Of a stretch of 64,000 nt of DNA, positions 35,092 through 45,873 are shown piece after piece; position 1 is the first letter of the stretch; every line of letters starts with the position of its first letter. Source of the stretch: a virus; the IMG/VR virus record IMGVR_UViG_3300020442_002635, positions 1 through 64,000 of that record. One strand, written 5' to 3'. The notes under the pieces are model-generated. The model did no database searches, was not told the DNA's origin, and was given only the letters and a program-made list of their open reading frames with translations. A program made the translations under genes and the position numbers.

Positions 35092-37800
35092 TTATGAACT
35101 TGGTTTGAATAGAACCTGTCCCGACGCGACACCATCATCAACTCCATACCAGTTTGTTCCTGGAATTTGATGTGGTGATGAACGAGGTGTTTTATCATTT
35201 AGGCCCAATTCAGCATTACTATTATTTCCCCATACCCATGTTGTTCCATCATCTTTAGTTGCTATGAATCCATATCCACCCAAAGTTTTGACACGAGTCC
35301 ATTGTGTTCCTGGAAGTTGAACTGGTGATGAACGGGGAGCTGATGAATTCCAACCACCGTAAATACTACCATAACCCCACGCCCATAATGTACCATCAGT
35401 TTTTACAATTGACATATTCTGATAGTTTCCACTAGATACTGATTTTATATCAGACCATTGTATTCCTGGAACTTGAACTGGTGATGAACGCGATCCTATA
35501 AAATTGGCTCCAAAGTTTCCATGGTCATTCAGACCCCACGCCCACATTGTTCCATCAGTCTTGAATGCAAAACTAGCCCAATAAGCTGGATGTACAGAAG
35601 CCCATGTTCCAGGAATTTGATGTGGTGATGAACGTTGTACATTACCATTAAGTCCGAGGATTCCAGCACCAACATCATTTCCCCATGCCCATAATGTTCC
35701 ATCATCTTTTATAGCAAGAATACGAGCTCCACCTCCTATAGATCCATCTTGTGTGCTCCATGTTCCCGGAATTTGAGTTGGTGATGAACGATCTACTGTA
35801 TCATTATGACCAAGGTGACCACCACCACCCAGTCCCCATGACCATAATGTTCCGTTAGTCTTGAATGCAAAATGCCCAGTATATGAATTGATGGGATAAT
35901 CCCATTCTGTTCCTGGAACTTGTGTTGGTGATGAACGAGGTACTACATCATTAAGACCAAGATCTCCTGATACATTGTCTCCTATTGACCATAATGTATT
36001 ATCAGTTTTTGTCAGTATTATAGAATTGTTCTCTCCACCTTTACCTTTACCATCCCATTGGGTTCCCGGAATTTGAGTTGGTGATGAACGATGCATTGTA
36101 TCATTAAGACCCAGACTTCCATTAGTATTATTACCCCAGGCATATACTTCATAATCAGTACGTGCAACACTAACAACACTTTGCTTTGCTAATGTTTGAT
36201 AACCATAGATAGCCACGCTCGTCCAAGTTGTTCCTGGAAGTTGAATTGGTGATGAGTATCCAAGGCTTGTTCCTGCAGTTCCATTTAGACCAAAACCTCC
36301 CGCATAGCTACGACCCCACACCCAAAATGTTCCATCAGTTTTGGTCAATCCCATCATCGAGATTCCATGATCATATGAGTTTCTATCTGGCATCACCCAA
36401 TTTCCTTGAAGTTGAACAGGTGATGAATATTGCACCATGTCATTTTGCCCTAATTGACCATTAGCATTACCTCCCCAGATCCAGAATGTTCCATCAGTTT
36501 TGGATGCAAGTACTGGTCCACTTGTAGCGTTACTGATAAAATCACTCCATTGTGTTCCTGAAACTTGAACTGGTGATGAATATGTTACTCTACTATTTTG
36601 ACCTAATTGACCGTCATTATTTCCCCAAACCCACAATGTACCATCAGTTTTTTGTGCCATCTGATGGTATCTAGAATTATCAATTTTAGACCATGTTCCT
36701 GGAATTTGAACAGGTGATGAATATGATACTATACTATTAAGACCTAACTGACCTTGCTGATTATATCCAAAAGTCCATAATGTTCCATCATCTTTTATGG
36801 CCGAAGCATAATACTCACCTCCGGATACAAAAGTCCATTGTGTTCCTGGAATTTGTGTTGGTGATGAACGACTTATTCTATCACCTTGAGCTAATTCTCC
36901 AGCATCATCAGCACGTCCCCAACCCCATAATGTTTTATCACTTTTAATTGCATATGTTGAATGATATCCATTACTAATAACATTCCATGCTGTTCCTGAA
37001 ACTTGAACTGGTGATGAGTAGTGGATTTCGTTATTTAATCCCAATCTACCTTGAGTGTTTTCACCCCACGCCCATAATGTGCTATCTGATTTAATACCAA
37101 AACCTCTGTTTCTTCCTCTTGAGATTTCTAACCATTGATTTCCTGGAATTTGAGCTGGTGATGAAAATCCATTAGGCCATGCCTGCCTAGTATTATTTCC
37201 AACCTGTCCATAATCATTTCTACCCCAAGAGTATAAAACTCCTGATGTAGCAACATCTGCAGGATCATTCTGCAGTGATTCATAACCATACCAAGAAACA
37301 CCCTGGTCTCTTGTGGTTAAATTAAAGACCTGAATAGCATCTGGACTATTACTGTCAATTAATGTGGGTTCAGTACCACCATTCCATATAATAGATGCAG
37401 GCCATGTAATAGATCGAGCAGTCGTAGTTTCGTCTTTTTTGCGAATAAATTGAACTTTTTGTACTGATTCAGTATTTGCAAATGCAACTGTTGTATCAGT
37501 ATTGTGGGTAAAATAAATTGCATTACCAGCAGAAAGATCAATTGTTGTTGTACCTGATATTGATGTAGTTGATTGTGCGGTCCATGCAGGTGATCCAACA
37601 TTATCTAAATTACTTCCATCACCATACAATGTTGCTGTTACTATACCAAGAGTAATATTTGGTGTTCCTGAAAGTCCTGTTGCTGTTCCAGAAAAACTTC
37701 CAATAAAATTGCCAGCAGTTGTTATACCACTTACATCTAGTCCACCAGATAAGGTTACATTTTCAGTAGCATTGATCAGTTGTGCCTTCTGCTGACTCAT
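35092..37800 (-). CDS. class B RCC1-like protein with two tandem propellers
   Basis: MSQQKAQLI N-terminus; fourteen SSPxQxxG repeats. Confidence 0.85.
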   Translation of the reverse strand: MSQQKAQLINATENVTLSGGLDVSGITTAGNFIGSFSGTATGLSGTPNITLGIVTATLYGDGSNLDNVGSPAWTAQSTTSISGTTTIDLSAGNAIYFTHNTDTTVAFANTESVQKVQFIRKKDETTTARSITWPASIIWNGGTEPTLIDSNSPDAIQVFNLTTRDQGVSWYGYESLQNDPADVATSGVLYSWGRNDYGQVGNNTRQAWPNGFSSPAQIPGNQWLEISRGRNRGFGIKSDSTLWAWGENTQGRLGLNNEIHYSSPVQVSGTAWNVISNGYHSTYAIKSDKTLWGWGRADDAGELAQGDRISRSSPTQIPGTQWTFVSGGEYYASAIKDDGTLWTFGYNQQGQLGLNSIVSYSSPVQIPGTWSKIDNSRYHQMAQKTDGTLWVWGNNDGQLGQNSRVTYSSPVQVSGTQWSDFISNATSGPVLASKTDGTFWIWGGNANGQLGQNDMVQYSSPVQLQGNWVMPDRNSYDHGISMMGLTKTDGTFWVWGRSYAGGFGLNGTAGTSLGYSSPIQLPGTTWTSVAIYGYQTLAKQSVVSVARTDYEVYAWGNNTNGSLGLNDTMHRSSPTQIPGTQWDGKGKGGENNSIILTKTDNTLWSIGDNVSGDLGLNDVVPRSSPTQVPGTEWDYPINSYTGHFAFKTNGTLWSWGLGGGGHLGHNDTVDRSSPTQIPGTWSTQDGSIGGGARILAIKDDGTLWAWGNDVGAGILGLNGNVQRSSPHQIPGTWASVHPAYWASFAFKTDGTMWAWGLNDHGNFGANFIGSRSSPVQVPGIQWSDIKSVSSGNYQNMSIVKTDGTLWAWGYGSIYGGWNSSAPRSSPVQLPGTQWTRVKTLGGYGFIATKDDGTTWVWGNNSNAELGLNDKTPRSSPHQIPGTNWYGVDDGVASGQVLFKPSS

Positions 37801-37817
37801 TATGCTCTACGCTATTA

Positions 37818-38579
37818 CTATTTCTTTCTATATTTATAAACTTCCTCAGCGGTAATAATACTAGAACGTTTACGAATTAACTCTTTGACTGCAGGATCAT
37901 TTTCTTGTTCTTTTGTTGGTAGATAAATTGCCTTTGAATGTGTTGCACAATTCTTTGGAGGATCAGTTAGATAATAAACTGCAATACTTTTACGATACTT
38001 ATCTTCTGGACACTGAATAGGATCTGGAAGCCCATGGTAAGAATTCTGAGTTGTGTCAAAAATAATTGCACGATTGAATAGTGTATCAATCTTTGTTGTA
38101 TTAGTTTTTGATTGTAGATGTAACTGACCACCCCATGAAGGATCCCAGCCTTCACCAAGATAGATAATCAGATTTAGTTTTCTCTGTAATTTTAACTTTG
38201 GATGAATAGAATAATCCAAATGCATATTCAACTTATCACCCTGACCATGAAGATGCATACCACCTCCATGCAAACCTACATCAGGATATAACTTTTTAAT
38301 GCCAGTAATTTTTTTGAGTTTAGAAATAAACTGTTGTGAGTTTAGATAGCAAAAAGTAGAATATGCATTTCGTGGAAAAAAGTTCCATGAATTACATGCT
38401 CTCTTCTTTTCTAATGGATTGTTATATATGTGCCAAACGTCTGAATTATAGTCAGGAAACTCATGACTAATTGCCAATGCAGTTTCCTCATCAAAGAAAT
38501 TATCAATGACTACATGATCATAAGGTTTTGCGTTCAAAAATTGTTCCTGAAGATTCAAGTAATCAAGTTTATTGATCAT
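37818..38579 (-). CDS. 2OG-Fe(II) oxygenase (prolyl-hydroxylase-like)
   Basis: PYDHVVIDNF, LHGGGMH, HLDY, RKLNLIIYL, WGGQL, FNRA.IF...HG.P...RKSIA. Confidence 0.9.
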   Translation of the reverse strand: MINKLDYLNLQEQFLNAKPYDHVVIDNFFDEETALAISHEFPDYNSDVWHIYNNPLEKKRACNSWNFFPRNAYSTFCYLNSQQFISKLKKITGIKKLYPDVGLHGGGMHLHGQGDKLNMHLDYSIHPKLKLQRKLNLIIYLGEGWDPSWGGQLHLQSKTNTTKIDTLFNRAIIFDTTQNSYHGLPDPIQCPEDKYRKSIAVYYLTDPPKNCATHSKAIYLPTKEQENDPAVKELIRKRSSIITAEEVYKYRKK

Positions 38580-39208
38580 AGATAATAGTCTTCAGTATAG
38601 ATTGTAGAATGCATACTAACATCTTCTTCTACAATATGCAAGTCTTTGGGTTTGAAATCTTTTCCTGTTCCAATCCAAAGTTCTCTATCAACCTTACGTT
38701 CAAATCCTCTAGTGAATAAGAAATTATGGTCAAGTGTTTGTAGATAATCTGCATTAGCCCACCAGAAGTTACCACTGAAATGTGGTAATGGTTTCTGTCT
38801 CACTTTGACACCAACGCAATTATATTCATCTAGATGATGGAGACACTGCTTCCATTTATCAATGACATAGTATTCCATGAACAATCTCCATGCCTGAAGT
38901 TGTGGATGGTATGAGTCATTCTTACTCGCACCTTTACCATGGAAGAATAGAACTTTATAGTCAGGATTCTTCATGATAAAATCCATCATCGAAACCATTG
39001 TACCACCTTCATCACCAGTAAAATCATTGTATTGAACAATTGCATTTCTTGGTTTGGAGAACATCTCATATTGGCCACTAACTCCAATATGAATAAACTC
39101 TGCAGCATCAACTAATCCAGATGTATACAAACGATGCATCTGTTGTTGATAGATAAACCCTGCAGTATTAGTTTGATATAGATGATAGAAAATTGCGATT
39201 TTACTCAT
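38576..39208 (-). CDS. putative glycosyltransferase-like protein
   Basis: IAIFYH, FHGKG, HFSGNFWWA, RELWIG motifs seen in phage/giant-virus glycan loci; function inferred. Confidence 0.6.
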   Translation of the reverse strand: MSKIAIFYHLYQTNTAGFIYQQQMHRLYTSGLVDAAEFIHIGVSGQYEMFSKPRNAIVQYNDFTGDEGGTMVSMMDFIMKNPDYKVLFFHGKGASKNDSYHPQLQAWRLFMEYYVIDKWKQCLHHLDEYNCVGVKVRQKPLPHFSGNFWWANADYLQTLDHNFLFTRGFERKVDRELWIGTGKDFKPKDLHIVEEDVSMHSTIYTEDYYL

Positions 39209-39953
39209 AAACTTTATCTTCTCCTAATGGAACTTCTGATGACAATCCAGGTGTAGCATTATGGTCTGCAAAATAACCACTTAGTCCAATAGGACTCAAT
39301 TCTAAAACTTTTTCTTGATCTAAAACAGCATACATGACATGTTCAATATCAGTAAATTCTCCAGATTTATATTTGCTAATTATTAAGTCAAACATATCTT
39401 TATACTTAATTTTCATGTACTCTATAAGAGTCCCATCAAAAGAGTATAGTCTGGTTCTATACTTAAATTTTGAAACAGGTTCAAATAAACCCGAATCTCC
39501 ATAATATGGAGATGCATTTAGTTTAGGTCCAAAAATTAATTTTCCTTTTGCTGACTCATGAATAAGGTAATTAAAATTATCATTTAGATAATATCTACCG
39601 GAAATTTTATATATTCTATCGTTTTCCTTTAAAAAATCTTGTTGATTCAAAAACAAATATAATAGATATAACTCGCATGGATGTTTGAAAACATTGGGTT
39701 TATGGTTAGCATGTGCAAATTTAATAAAGTCATCGCTATAACAGTCAAGAACTATATCACATGAAGATAAAAGAACTCTTTTTTGTTCTTCTGTTAAAGG
39801 TTTAGCTGCTCCGTCAATAAGAACTATTTTAGAATCATTACATTTTTTTCTTATACTTGATATTGTTTCCAATGTCTGCTCAAATCTTTGATCTGAATTA
39901 AAAAATCCATAATCAACATTAATACCAGATGTAATCAAAAACCAATTTGTCAT
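39201..39953 (-). CDS. putative glycosyltransferase-like protein
   Basis: FLITS.I, RFEQTL.TI.SIR, KISGRY, DIEH motifs. Confidence 0.55.
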   Translation of the reverse strand: MTNWFLITSGINVDYGFFNSDQRFEQTLETISSIRKKCNDSKIVLIDGAAKPLTEEQKRVLLSSCDIVLDCYSDDFIKFAHANHKPNVFKHPCELYLLYLFLNQQDFLKENDRIYKISGRYYLNDNFNYLIHESAKGKLIFGPKLNASPYYGDSGLFEPVSKFKYRTRLYSFDGTLIEYMKIKYKDMFDLIISKYKSGEFTDIEHVMYAVLDQEKVLELSPIGLSGYFADHNATPGLSSEVPLGEDKVYE

Positions 39954-39998
39954 TTTATTTTTACGTTGTGTACCTGAAGAATTACAAATAAGTGAGTT

Positions 39999-40616
39999 TT
40001 ATTTTCCATGGAAAAATAATAATTGAACTAATCTTGCTGATTGATCATCAGTACCAAACCACTCACCATTAGAGTGCCACATAAATGGATTGAACATTAC
40101 AAGGCGATTATACTTGAATGCGATATTATCAGTCTCAATCCATTTACTACGATCTTTTCCTTCAGTATTAAAGAAGTCTACCATATCATTATGGGATTGT
40201 ATACCATGTTCTTCAGCTTCTGCCATGCCTGGCGCAAACTCCCATCCAGTTCTTTTATGTTTCCAGAACTTTGTACCACCTGTTGGATGGAATGTTGGAG
40301 TGAGATAAATCACTCCCGCCCATACTAATCCTGGATTGGGATCAAAGTGAACATCTTGCGTTCCATGTTGACCTATCTTAGTTCTTCTAAAGTAAGAACA
40401 CTTGTTATATGGCTTTGTTGTGAGTTCCATACCAACAATATCTGAACATACTTTAGTAAGTTCTTCTTTGCCATGCTCATGTTCACTATCACGACCAGGC
40501 CAGTTTCTTACCTTATCTTCTTGATATTCTACACCTAATGCATAGTCACGAACTGAATCTGGATTTTGGTAGAAATTATCAACTACAATTAAATTCTTTC
40601 TGTAAGATTTTTCCAT
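39999..40616 (-). CDS. 2OG-Fe(II) oxygenase (DUF6445-like)
   Basis: VVDNFY.NPD.VR, HFD, GVIYL, GGT.F, YNRLV.F...HS, RLVQL.F. Confidence 0.85.
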   Translation of the reverse strand: MEKSYRKNLIVVDNFYQNPDSVRDYALGVEYQEDKVRNWPGRDSEHEHGKEELTKVCSDIVGMELTTKPYNKCSYFRRTKIGQHGTQDVHFDPNPGLVWAGVIYLTPTFHPTGGTKFWKHKRTGWEFAPGMAEAEEHGIQSHNDMVDFFNTEGKDRSKWIETDNIAFKYNRLVMFNPFMWHSNGEWFGTDDQSARLVQLLFFHGK

Positions 40617-41227
40617 TTATTCAATGCTTCTCTTGCCATTTGTAATGCTAGTGGTTTATCACCTGTTCCTGTATGTATGAGGTATTCTCTCTGCCATGGT
40701 TCCCATGTAATTCCAGTATACCTGAGACCATACTTGGCCATGTTTTGAGAAATACAATACTCATCGATGTCACCCTCACGAACAAATGTGATGCGTCTAC
40801 CCTGTTCAGGAGTAATCGTCAAAGGTTCCCATACATCATGAGTAGAACGATATGATATAACAAAGTTTGATGCAATACCAACATCACGACCATCACGCAT
40901 AAAGTAATGATTCAGATGAAACTTTGTACTTGCATTATAGTTATCATTGAATCCAATGTGATGTGGAGGTACAATCGTTGCAGCATCAGGAAACTGTGGA
41001 TGAATCAGAACATCTGCATCCACAAGAAGATTTACATCAGCATCTTTCCCTGCCTCCCATACCTGCATCTTTTCATAGTTGATATGAAACTCAGGAAACT
41101 TTCGTTCAGTAATTAGATTAATGTCATAACCATATCTCTGTGCATATGCTTGCACAGTAGGAAAAGTCATTTCAAATAACTCAGGAAAAAAGTTATTGAT
41201 ATTAACAATGTGTAGAATCTTTTTCAT
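40589..41227 (-). CDS. GT-A glycosyltransferase (DxD)
   Basis: AYA.RYGYD, YEK, LVDADVLI. Confidence 0.75.
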   Translation of the reverse strand: MKKILHIVNINNFFPELFEMTFPTVQAYAQRYGYDINLITERKFPEFHINYEKMQVWEAGKDADVNLLVDADVLIHPQFPDAATIVPPHHIGFNDNYNASTKFHLNHYFMRDGRDVGIASNFVISYRSTHDVWEPLTITPEQGRRITFVREGDIDEYCISQNMAKYGLRYTGITWEPWQREYLIHTGTGDKPLALQMAREALNKWKNLTERI

Positions 41228-41820
41228 GAAATATTACCTGCAACAGAGATACGATAGTTATCACTTGTAAAGAATGGATATACTGTATGAAGAAGTTTAC
41301 TTGGGAACATAACGATACGACCTTCCCATCCATTTGTTACTTCTAATCTTTCATTAAGGATATTACCAAGAACACTAGAATAAACAAACTGAAATGCTGA
41401 TGCTGTTTTTAAAGTAGAGTTCTGACTATGAGGTACTTGGTATTCATTTTCAATGTTATATGGAATCTGCATCCAGATAACAAAACTCAGTAAACCATCG
41501 TGGTTATGAATGGGGTTATACTCAGTTTTACTTTGATAATTTACCCATAAACTATCTACTTTGAAGTCATAATCTGGATAGTAATCAAAGTGTTTTCCAT
41601 ATTGACGTGCCATTTCTTCAAGAAATGGATTCATAAACTCTTGTGACTTTTTAAGTTGATACTCTTTTTTTATTTGCCCAGCAAGAGAGTTATTCATTTT
41701 TAAGTATCCAGCATCACTTTTCTCTATTTCTTTAATTTCAGACATCAATCCTTCAAAAATATTACGAGGAAGAGTGCTTATTGTAAGGCCAGGATTTTTT
41801 AAGTGAACGTGATTAAACAT
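41224..41820 (-). CDS. 2OG-Fe(II) oxygenase (TIGR02466-like)
   Basis: WVNYQ...YNPIHNHDG.LSFV, FPS.L.H.VYPF...RISVAGN. Confidence 0.9.
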   Translation of the reverse strand: MFNHVHLKNPGLTISTLPRNIFEGLMSEIKEIEKSDAGYLKMNNSLAGQIKKEYQLKKSQEFMNPFLEEMARQYGKHFDYYPDYDFKVDSLWVNYQSKTEYNPIHNHDGLLSFVIWMQIPYNIENEYQVPHSQNSTLKTASAFQFVYSSVLGNILNERLEVTNGWEGRIVMFPSKLLHTVYPFFTSDNYRISVAGNIS

Positions 41821-42685
41821 TTAATTTAAGATAAGAGTTTTCAGGTAATGACCAAGGATTTTTATTTCTTTCCCAAAGATTAATTACGTCTTCATTTGAC
41901 CAATAGAAAGGTTTATCTCCAGCAACAGACATGTGCATAAGATCTGGTTGAAGAGGCATGAACATCATAAAGTCTGGTTTTTGCCATACTTCAGAGATTG
42001 TATTGCCTTCCCAGATAGCAGGATCACTACCTGTTGTTTGGAGAGTATCAAAAATATCTTTATACTTTTTGAAAACCTCGGCCTTAAGCATGAACGTCTC
42101 TTGAGTATACCATGTTGTGCGATAAAAACCAACTGGTGTTGGTACTACATGACAAGGACGAACATATGCATGAGCAAAACGATTATCTGGATATGGAAAT
42201 AACTGAACAAAACATTGAGGGAAAATCCCAATGTCATGCTCAGGTGTAAAATTATTTAAATATTCCCATGCAGATATCATTCTTGTGATTGCATTATCCT
42301 GATGCAATTGATCATCATCCATGATATAGACATAATCTTCATCAGGTAATGTGTAGATATAGTCATAGGCCAATTTGACACTATACCTAGATTGTACATG
42401 AGGACTTTGCCCTTCAGTATTTCTTTCTCCAATAAATTGAATATTTACTTTCTTGCCAGACTTCTCTGACATCCCATGGATTCCATTCTTTAAATGTTGA
42501 CTAGAACGATCATCAAATATTGTTACATCAACATTCTCAAAGTCTTTGATATTTCTGAATACAGAATTAAGACAGCGCAATGTACACTCTGTCTTATTTA
42601 CAATTCTTTTACTTTGAATAGAACCTCTATCGCAGGTTCTGACTACAATATGTAGATTATTGTTCAGTAACATATCGTTTATCAA
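41813..42685 (-). CDS. GT2-like glycosyltransferase
   Basis: IVVRTC, CL.S, IFDD.S, YIMDDDQLH. Confidence 0.7.
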   Translation of the reverse strand: MINDMLLNNNLHIVVRTCDRGSIQSKRIVNKTECTLRCLNSVFRNIKDFENVDVTIFDDRSSQHLKNGIHGMSEKSGKKVNIQFIGERNTEGQSPHVQSRYSVKLAYDYIYTLPDEDYVYIMDDDQLHQDNAITRMISAWEYLNNFTPEHDIGIFPQCFVQLFPYPDNRFAHAYVRPCHVVPTPVGFYRTTWYTQETFMLKAEVFKKYKDIFDTLQTTGSDPAIWEGNTISEVWQKPDFMMFMPLQPDLMHMSVAGDKPFYWSNEDVINLWERNKNPWSLPENSYLKLNV

Positions 42686-43199
42686 TATTCATAGAGACTG
42701 CAATTCTTCGTGCATCAGTCTTAGGGACTTCATGATGCAACCATGCTGGGAAAACAACCAACATACCAGTTTCAGGTTGAACTTTTACTTCATCCTCAAA
42801 AATAATTGGAGCACATCCAGGTTCAACATCAACATAATAGACAGCAGCAAAGTCACTTGGATAGTGTGAGTGTCTAATTGTATGATCACCCTTCTCATAC
42901 ATCATAGCCCAAAAGTTGAAGCAGATAAAATCAACTTCACAATTAAAAAAATCTTTTGATGCAAACTTACAGAAGTTCAGGACCACATCAATGATTGGTT
43001 TGAACTTTGGATTATCATTATGTGTTCCATAATTTGAGTGCCATGCCTTAACATTACTCTCATTAGATTCTGGATTATTATTACGATGCTCAAAGATAAC
43101 CTGCTTGAGATATGCATTCATCTCATCCTTATTGCTAAGGATAGTTGTGAATATGGGTAGTGTCTTTTTAATCGTTTTGATTTCTACAGTGTTTATCAT
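42657..43199 (-). CDS. 2OG-Fe(II) oxygenase (TIGR02466-like)
   Basis: WAMMY..GD.T..HSH....AVYY, FPAWLHHEV....RIAVSMN. Confidence 0.9.
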   Translation of the reverse strand: MINTVEIKTIKKTLPIFTTILSNKDEMNAYLKQVIFEHRNNNPESNESNVKAWHSNYGTHNDNPKFKPIIDVVLNFCKFASKDFFNCEVDFICFNFWAMMYEKGDHTIRHSHYPSDFAAVYYVDVEPGCAPIIFEDEVKVQPETGMLVVFPAWLHHEVPKTDARRIAVSMNIDKRYVTEQ

Positions 43200-43852
43200 A
43201 ACCAGGTTTTATGAATAGTTGAAAGTCCATGATTCTTATCATATGCATAGATACCATCTTGGACAATAGGAAAGATATCTGCACGAAGAATAACATCAAG
43301 TGTTGTTGTGATTCCTTGTTGTAAAACATAAGAAATCATATTCTTTGCAATATGTGGATCAATAGCATATGCATGAGCACGACAGATGAAACGATAGAGA
43401 CCATTATGATCTGTTCCATGTGGAGGAATTGAAATTACCTCTGCACCACGTTTCTGCTCTGATGATCCCAGATATACAATATTATTCAAATACTTATGGA
43501 ACATATAAGGCCTTTCCATCACTGCATCGTGCTCAAGAATTACGATAGGTTTATCAATACTCAAACAATGACACCATAGTGCAAAGTGACTATAGAAAGT
43601 TGCAATCTGAGTTGGAGTAATCCATGATGTATGAACACGCAAGAAATTAATAAATGCCTGATCTTTTAATCCTTCAGGCACCTTGATTTCTCCTGACCTA
43701 CCATTAAATGCCTCAAACAGTTTGTATGGTTGTCCTACATTTTCACAAGACTGTATGCATTGCTGAGTAAGTTTCTCAGATATTTCATCTCCTGGAAGTG
43801 TAATAATATATGCACTCTCTACATTTGTGTCATATGATGCCAAATAATTCAT
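43196..43852 (-). CDS. GT25-family glycosyltransferase
   Basis: AYII, F.AF.G, SHFALW, ILEHDA, AHAYAI.P..AK. Confidence 0.85.
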   Translation of the reverse strand: MNYLASYDTNVESAYIITLPGDEISEKLTQQCIQSCENVGQPYKLFEAFNGRSGEIKVPEGLKDQAFINFLRVHTSWITPTQIATFYSHFALWCHCLSIDKPIVILEHDAVMERPYMFHKYLNNIVYLGSSEQKRGAEVISIPPHGTDHNGLYRFICRAHAYAIDPHIAKNMISYVLQQGITTTLDVILRADIFPIVQDGIYAYDKNHGLSTIHKTWL

Positions 43853-44682
43853 ACAAATTCAGGATAAAAAGTCTTGTAGTATTCTATATTATTTTGAATC
43901 ACCAGTTGTGATTGCTCTGGTGTCATTACCTTTGGCCAACGTGGTTCTAACTTATGAAGTTTAGTTCCAGTCTTGTGTGTGACCATTGAACGATACACAG
44001 TATCATGTTCATAATAATCGGAAGGTGGGATATTGTCAAAATCGTGTTCAAAGTATTCCTCACCAAGGAACTGATAGAGACTTTGGAATGTTCCTCTTGG
44101 ATTTTCGTTGAAGTCTTCGTGTCTTAGGATAAAGAAATTATCTGGATGCTTCTGTGCTACTTCCATGACATGTGGAAGCATATTTAATGGACGACCAAGA
44201 TTGGCCATACCATCAGTACAATACAACTCCATTCTTTTTTCAAATGGTTCGTGTTGGAAATGATGAGTTTCATCACCAACAATAATATTCGGATACTTAT
44301 TAAGAAGAGATTCAAATGAACAAATAATATCTCTTAGATCTCTAATAATATAAATGTATTTTGAATTTGGATTGAGTGCAAGAGTATGATTCAAATATTC
44401 AGACCATACCCTTGACTTTGATACAACAACTGGTTTATCTGTCATACTCTCAAACCATCCACGAAATCCTTGTCGCAGAAAGTTTAGATATGCATCATTG
44501 AGTACATCTTTATCAAGTGCAATAAATTCACTAACCTGACTTGAAATATTCCTACAGGATTCTACAAAATAAGGAAGTGGACATGTGCCAGTCGTAAAAA
44601 ATCTTGGATTCTCATTCAGGATATTCATGATCACTGATGAGCAAGTTCTAGGAAGGCCTAGACAATAATGAAGTTGTTGCAT
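43849..44682 (-). CDS. sulfotransferase
   Basis: GLPRTCSS (5'-PAPS-binding loop), IL..NP, K.R.W, IRDLRDI.CS (3'-PB motif). Confidence 0.85.
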   Translation of the reverse strand: MQQLHYCLGLPRTCSSVIMNILNENPRFFTTGTCPLPYFVESCRNISSQVSEFIALDKDVLNDAYLNFLRQGFRGWFESMTDKPVVVSKSRVWSEYLNHTLALNPNSKYIYIIRDLRDIICSFESLLNKYPNIIVGDETHHFQHEPFEKRMELYCTDGMANLGRPLNMLPHVMEVAQKHPDNFFILRHEDFNENPRGTFQSLYQFLGEEYFEHDFDNIPPSDYYEHDTVYRSMVTHKTGTKLHKLEPRWPKVMTPEQSQLVIQNNIEYYKTFYPEFV

Positions 44683-44706
44683 AATTTAGAAATTTTGAGT
44701 ATTTAT
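44680..44706 (-). promoter_or_regulatory. T4-type late promoter and leader of enzyme block 2
   Basis: Minus ATAAATActcaaaatttctaaattATG; 26/27 identical to 50872-50898. Confidence 0.8.
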
Positions 44707-44733
44707 CAGTTTAGTTAACCATACTAAGATTTA

Positions 44734-45873
44734 TCAAGGTTCCTTTAGGAAGGCAATAGCACTACTATTGGCATATCCATGTGCTTGCTTCCATTGTGTT
44801 CCTGGAAGTTGAACTGGCGATGAACGTAGTACTCGGCCATTAAGACCTAACTGACCAGACTGATTAACACCCCATACCCAGAATGTGTCATCAGTTTTAA
44901 GTCCTTGTATATATCCGTTACCTGCTCCTATAAAACTCCATGTTCCTGGAACTTGAACTGGTGATGAACGATTCGCTTTATCACTTTGAGCCAGCTGTCC
45001 ATATCCATCATAACCCCACATCCATAATGTTCCATCAGTCTTGGTTGCAGCACCAGCAGCCCAACCACCTTCAACTATATCCCAATATGTTCCTGGAATT
45101 TGAACCGGTGATGAATATTGTACTCTATCATTTTGAGCATAGTTTCCATATCCATTATTTCCCCACCCCCATAATGTTCCATCAGTTTTAGATGCCATCA
45201 TAAAAGGTCCACCAGCATGTATTTTATTCCATTGAGTTCCTGAAATTTGTTTTGGTGATGAATATGTTACTCGATTATTTTGACCTAATCTACCGTCACC
45301 ATTTTCTCCCATTACCCACAGTGTTCCATCAGTTTTAGATGCCATTAGATCACCATTGCCCCCTCTAACCAGATCCCACTGTGTTCCTGGAACTTGAGTT
45401 GGTGAAGAACGATCTACTGTATCACTATGACCAGCTCGTCCATTACCATTATGTCCCCATGTCCATAGTGTTCCATCAGTCTTGGTTGCAACTTGAGTTC
45501 CACTATTTTCTGATGCAATATATTTCCATGTCGTTCCTGGAATTTGAATTGGTGATGAACGTGATACTACATCATTCTGACCTAATTGACCATTGGTGCC
45601 GGCACCCCATATCCAAAGTGTTCCATCAGTTTTGGTTGCCATCAAATTACCATAAACATCACTGGTAATCCTCGACCATGTTGTTCCTGGAATTTGTGTT
45701 GGTGATGAACGTTGTACTGTATCATTCTGTCCAAGTCTTGCACCTGCATTATCTCCTGAGACATATAATAAAAATGGTCCAGGTATCGCTGATGGATCAG
45801 AATAACTATTTTTCCCATCTTTAGTTAGATCATAGAGGCCATCCAGGTCCCAGGTGTTCTTTCTTATACTCAT
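44734..45873 (-). CDS. class C RCC1-like beta-propeller protein
   Basis: Short N-terminus NTWDLDGLYDL..DG..SY; seven blades. Confidence 0.85.
   Translation of the reverse strand: MSIRKNTWDLDGLYDLTKDGKNSYSDPSAIPGPFLLYVSGDNAGARLGQNDTVQRSSPTQIPGTTWSRITSDVYGNLMATKTDGTLWIWGAGTNGQLGQNDVVSRSSPIQIPGTTWKYIASENSGTQVATKTDGTLWTWGHNGNGRAGHSDTVDRSSPTQVPGTQWDLVRGGNGDLMASKTDGTLWVMGENGDGRLGQNNRVTYSSPKQISGTQWNKIHAGGPFMMASKTDGTLWGWGNNGYGNYAQNDRVQYSSPVQIPGTYWDIVEGGWAAGAATKTDGTLWMWGYDGYGQLAQSDKANRSSPVQVPGTWSFIGAGNGYIQGLKTDDTFWVWGVNQSGQLGLNGRVLRSSPVQLPGTQWKQAHGYANSSAIAFLKEP

Larger units (their letters stand above)
24955..35095 (-). promoter_or_regulatory. series of late promoter/leader elements ATAAATAACTAAAAA, one after each RCC1 class A/B gene
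   Basis: + strand tatttat at 24964, 27451, 29634, 31808, 33447 and 35089, each followed on the minus strand by ACTAAAAA. Confidence 0.8.
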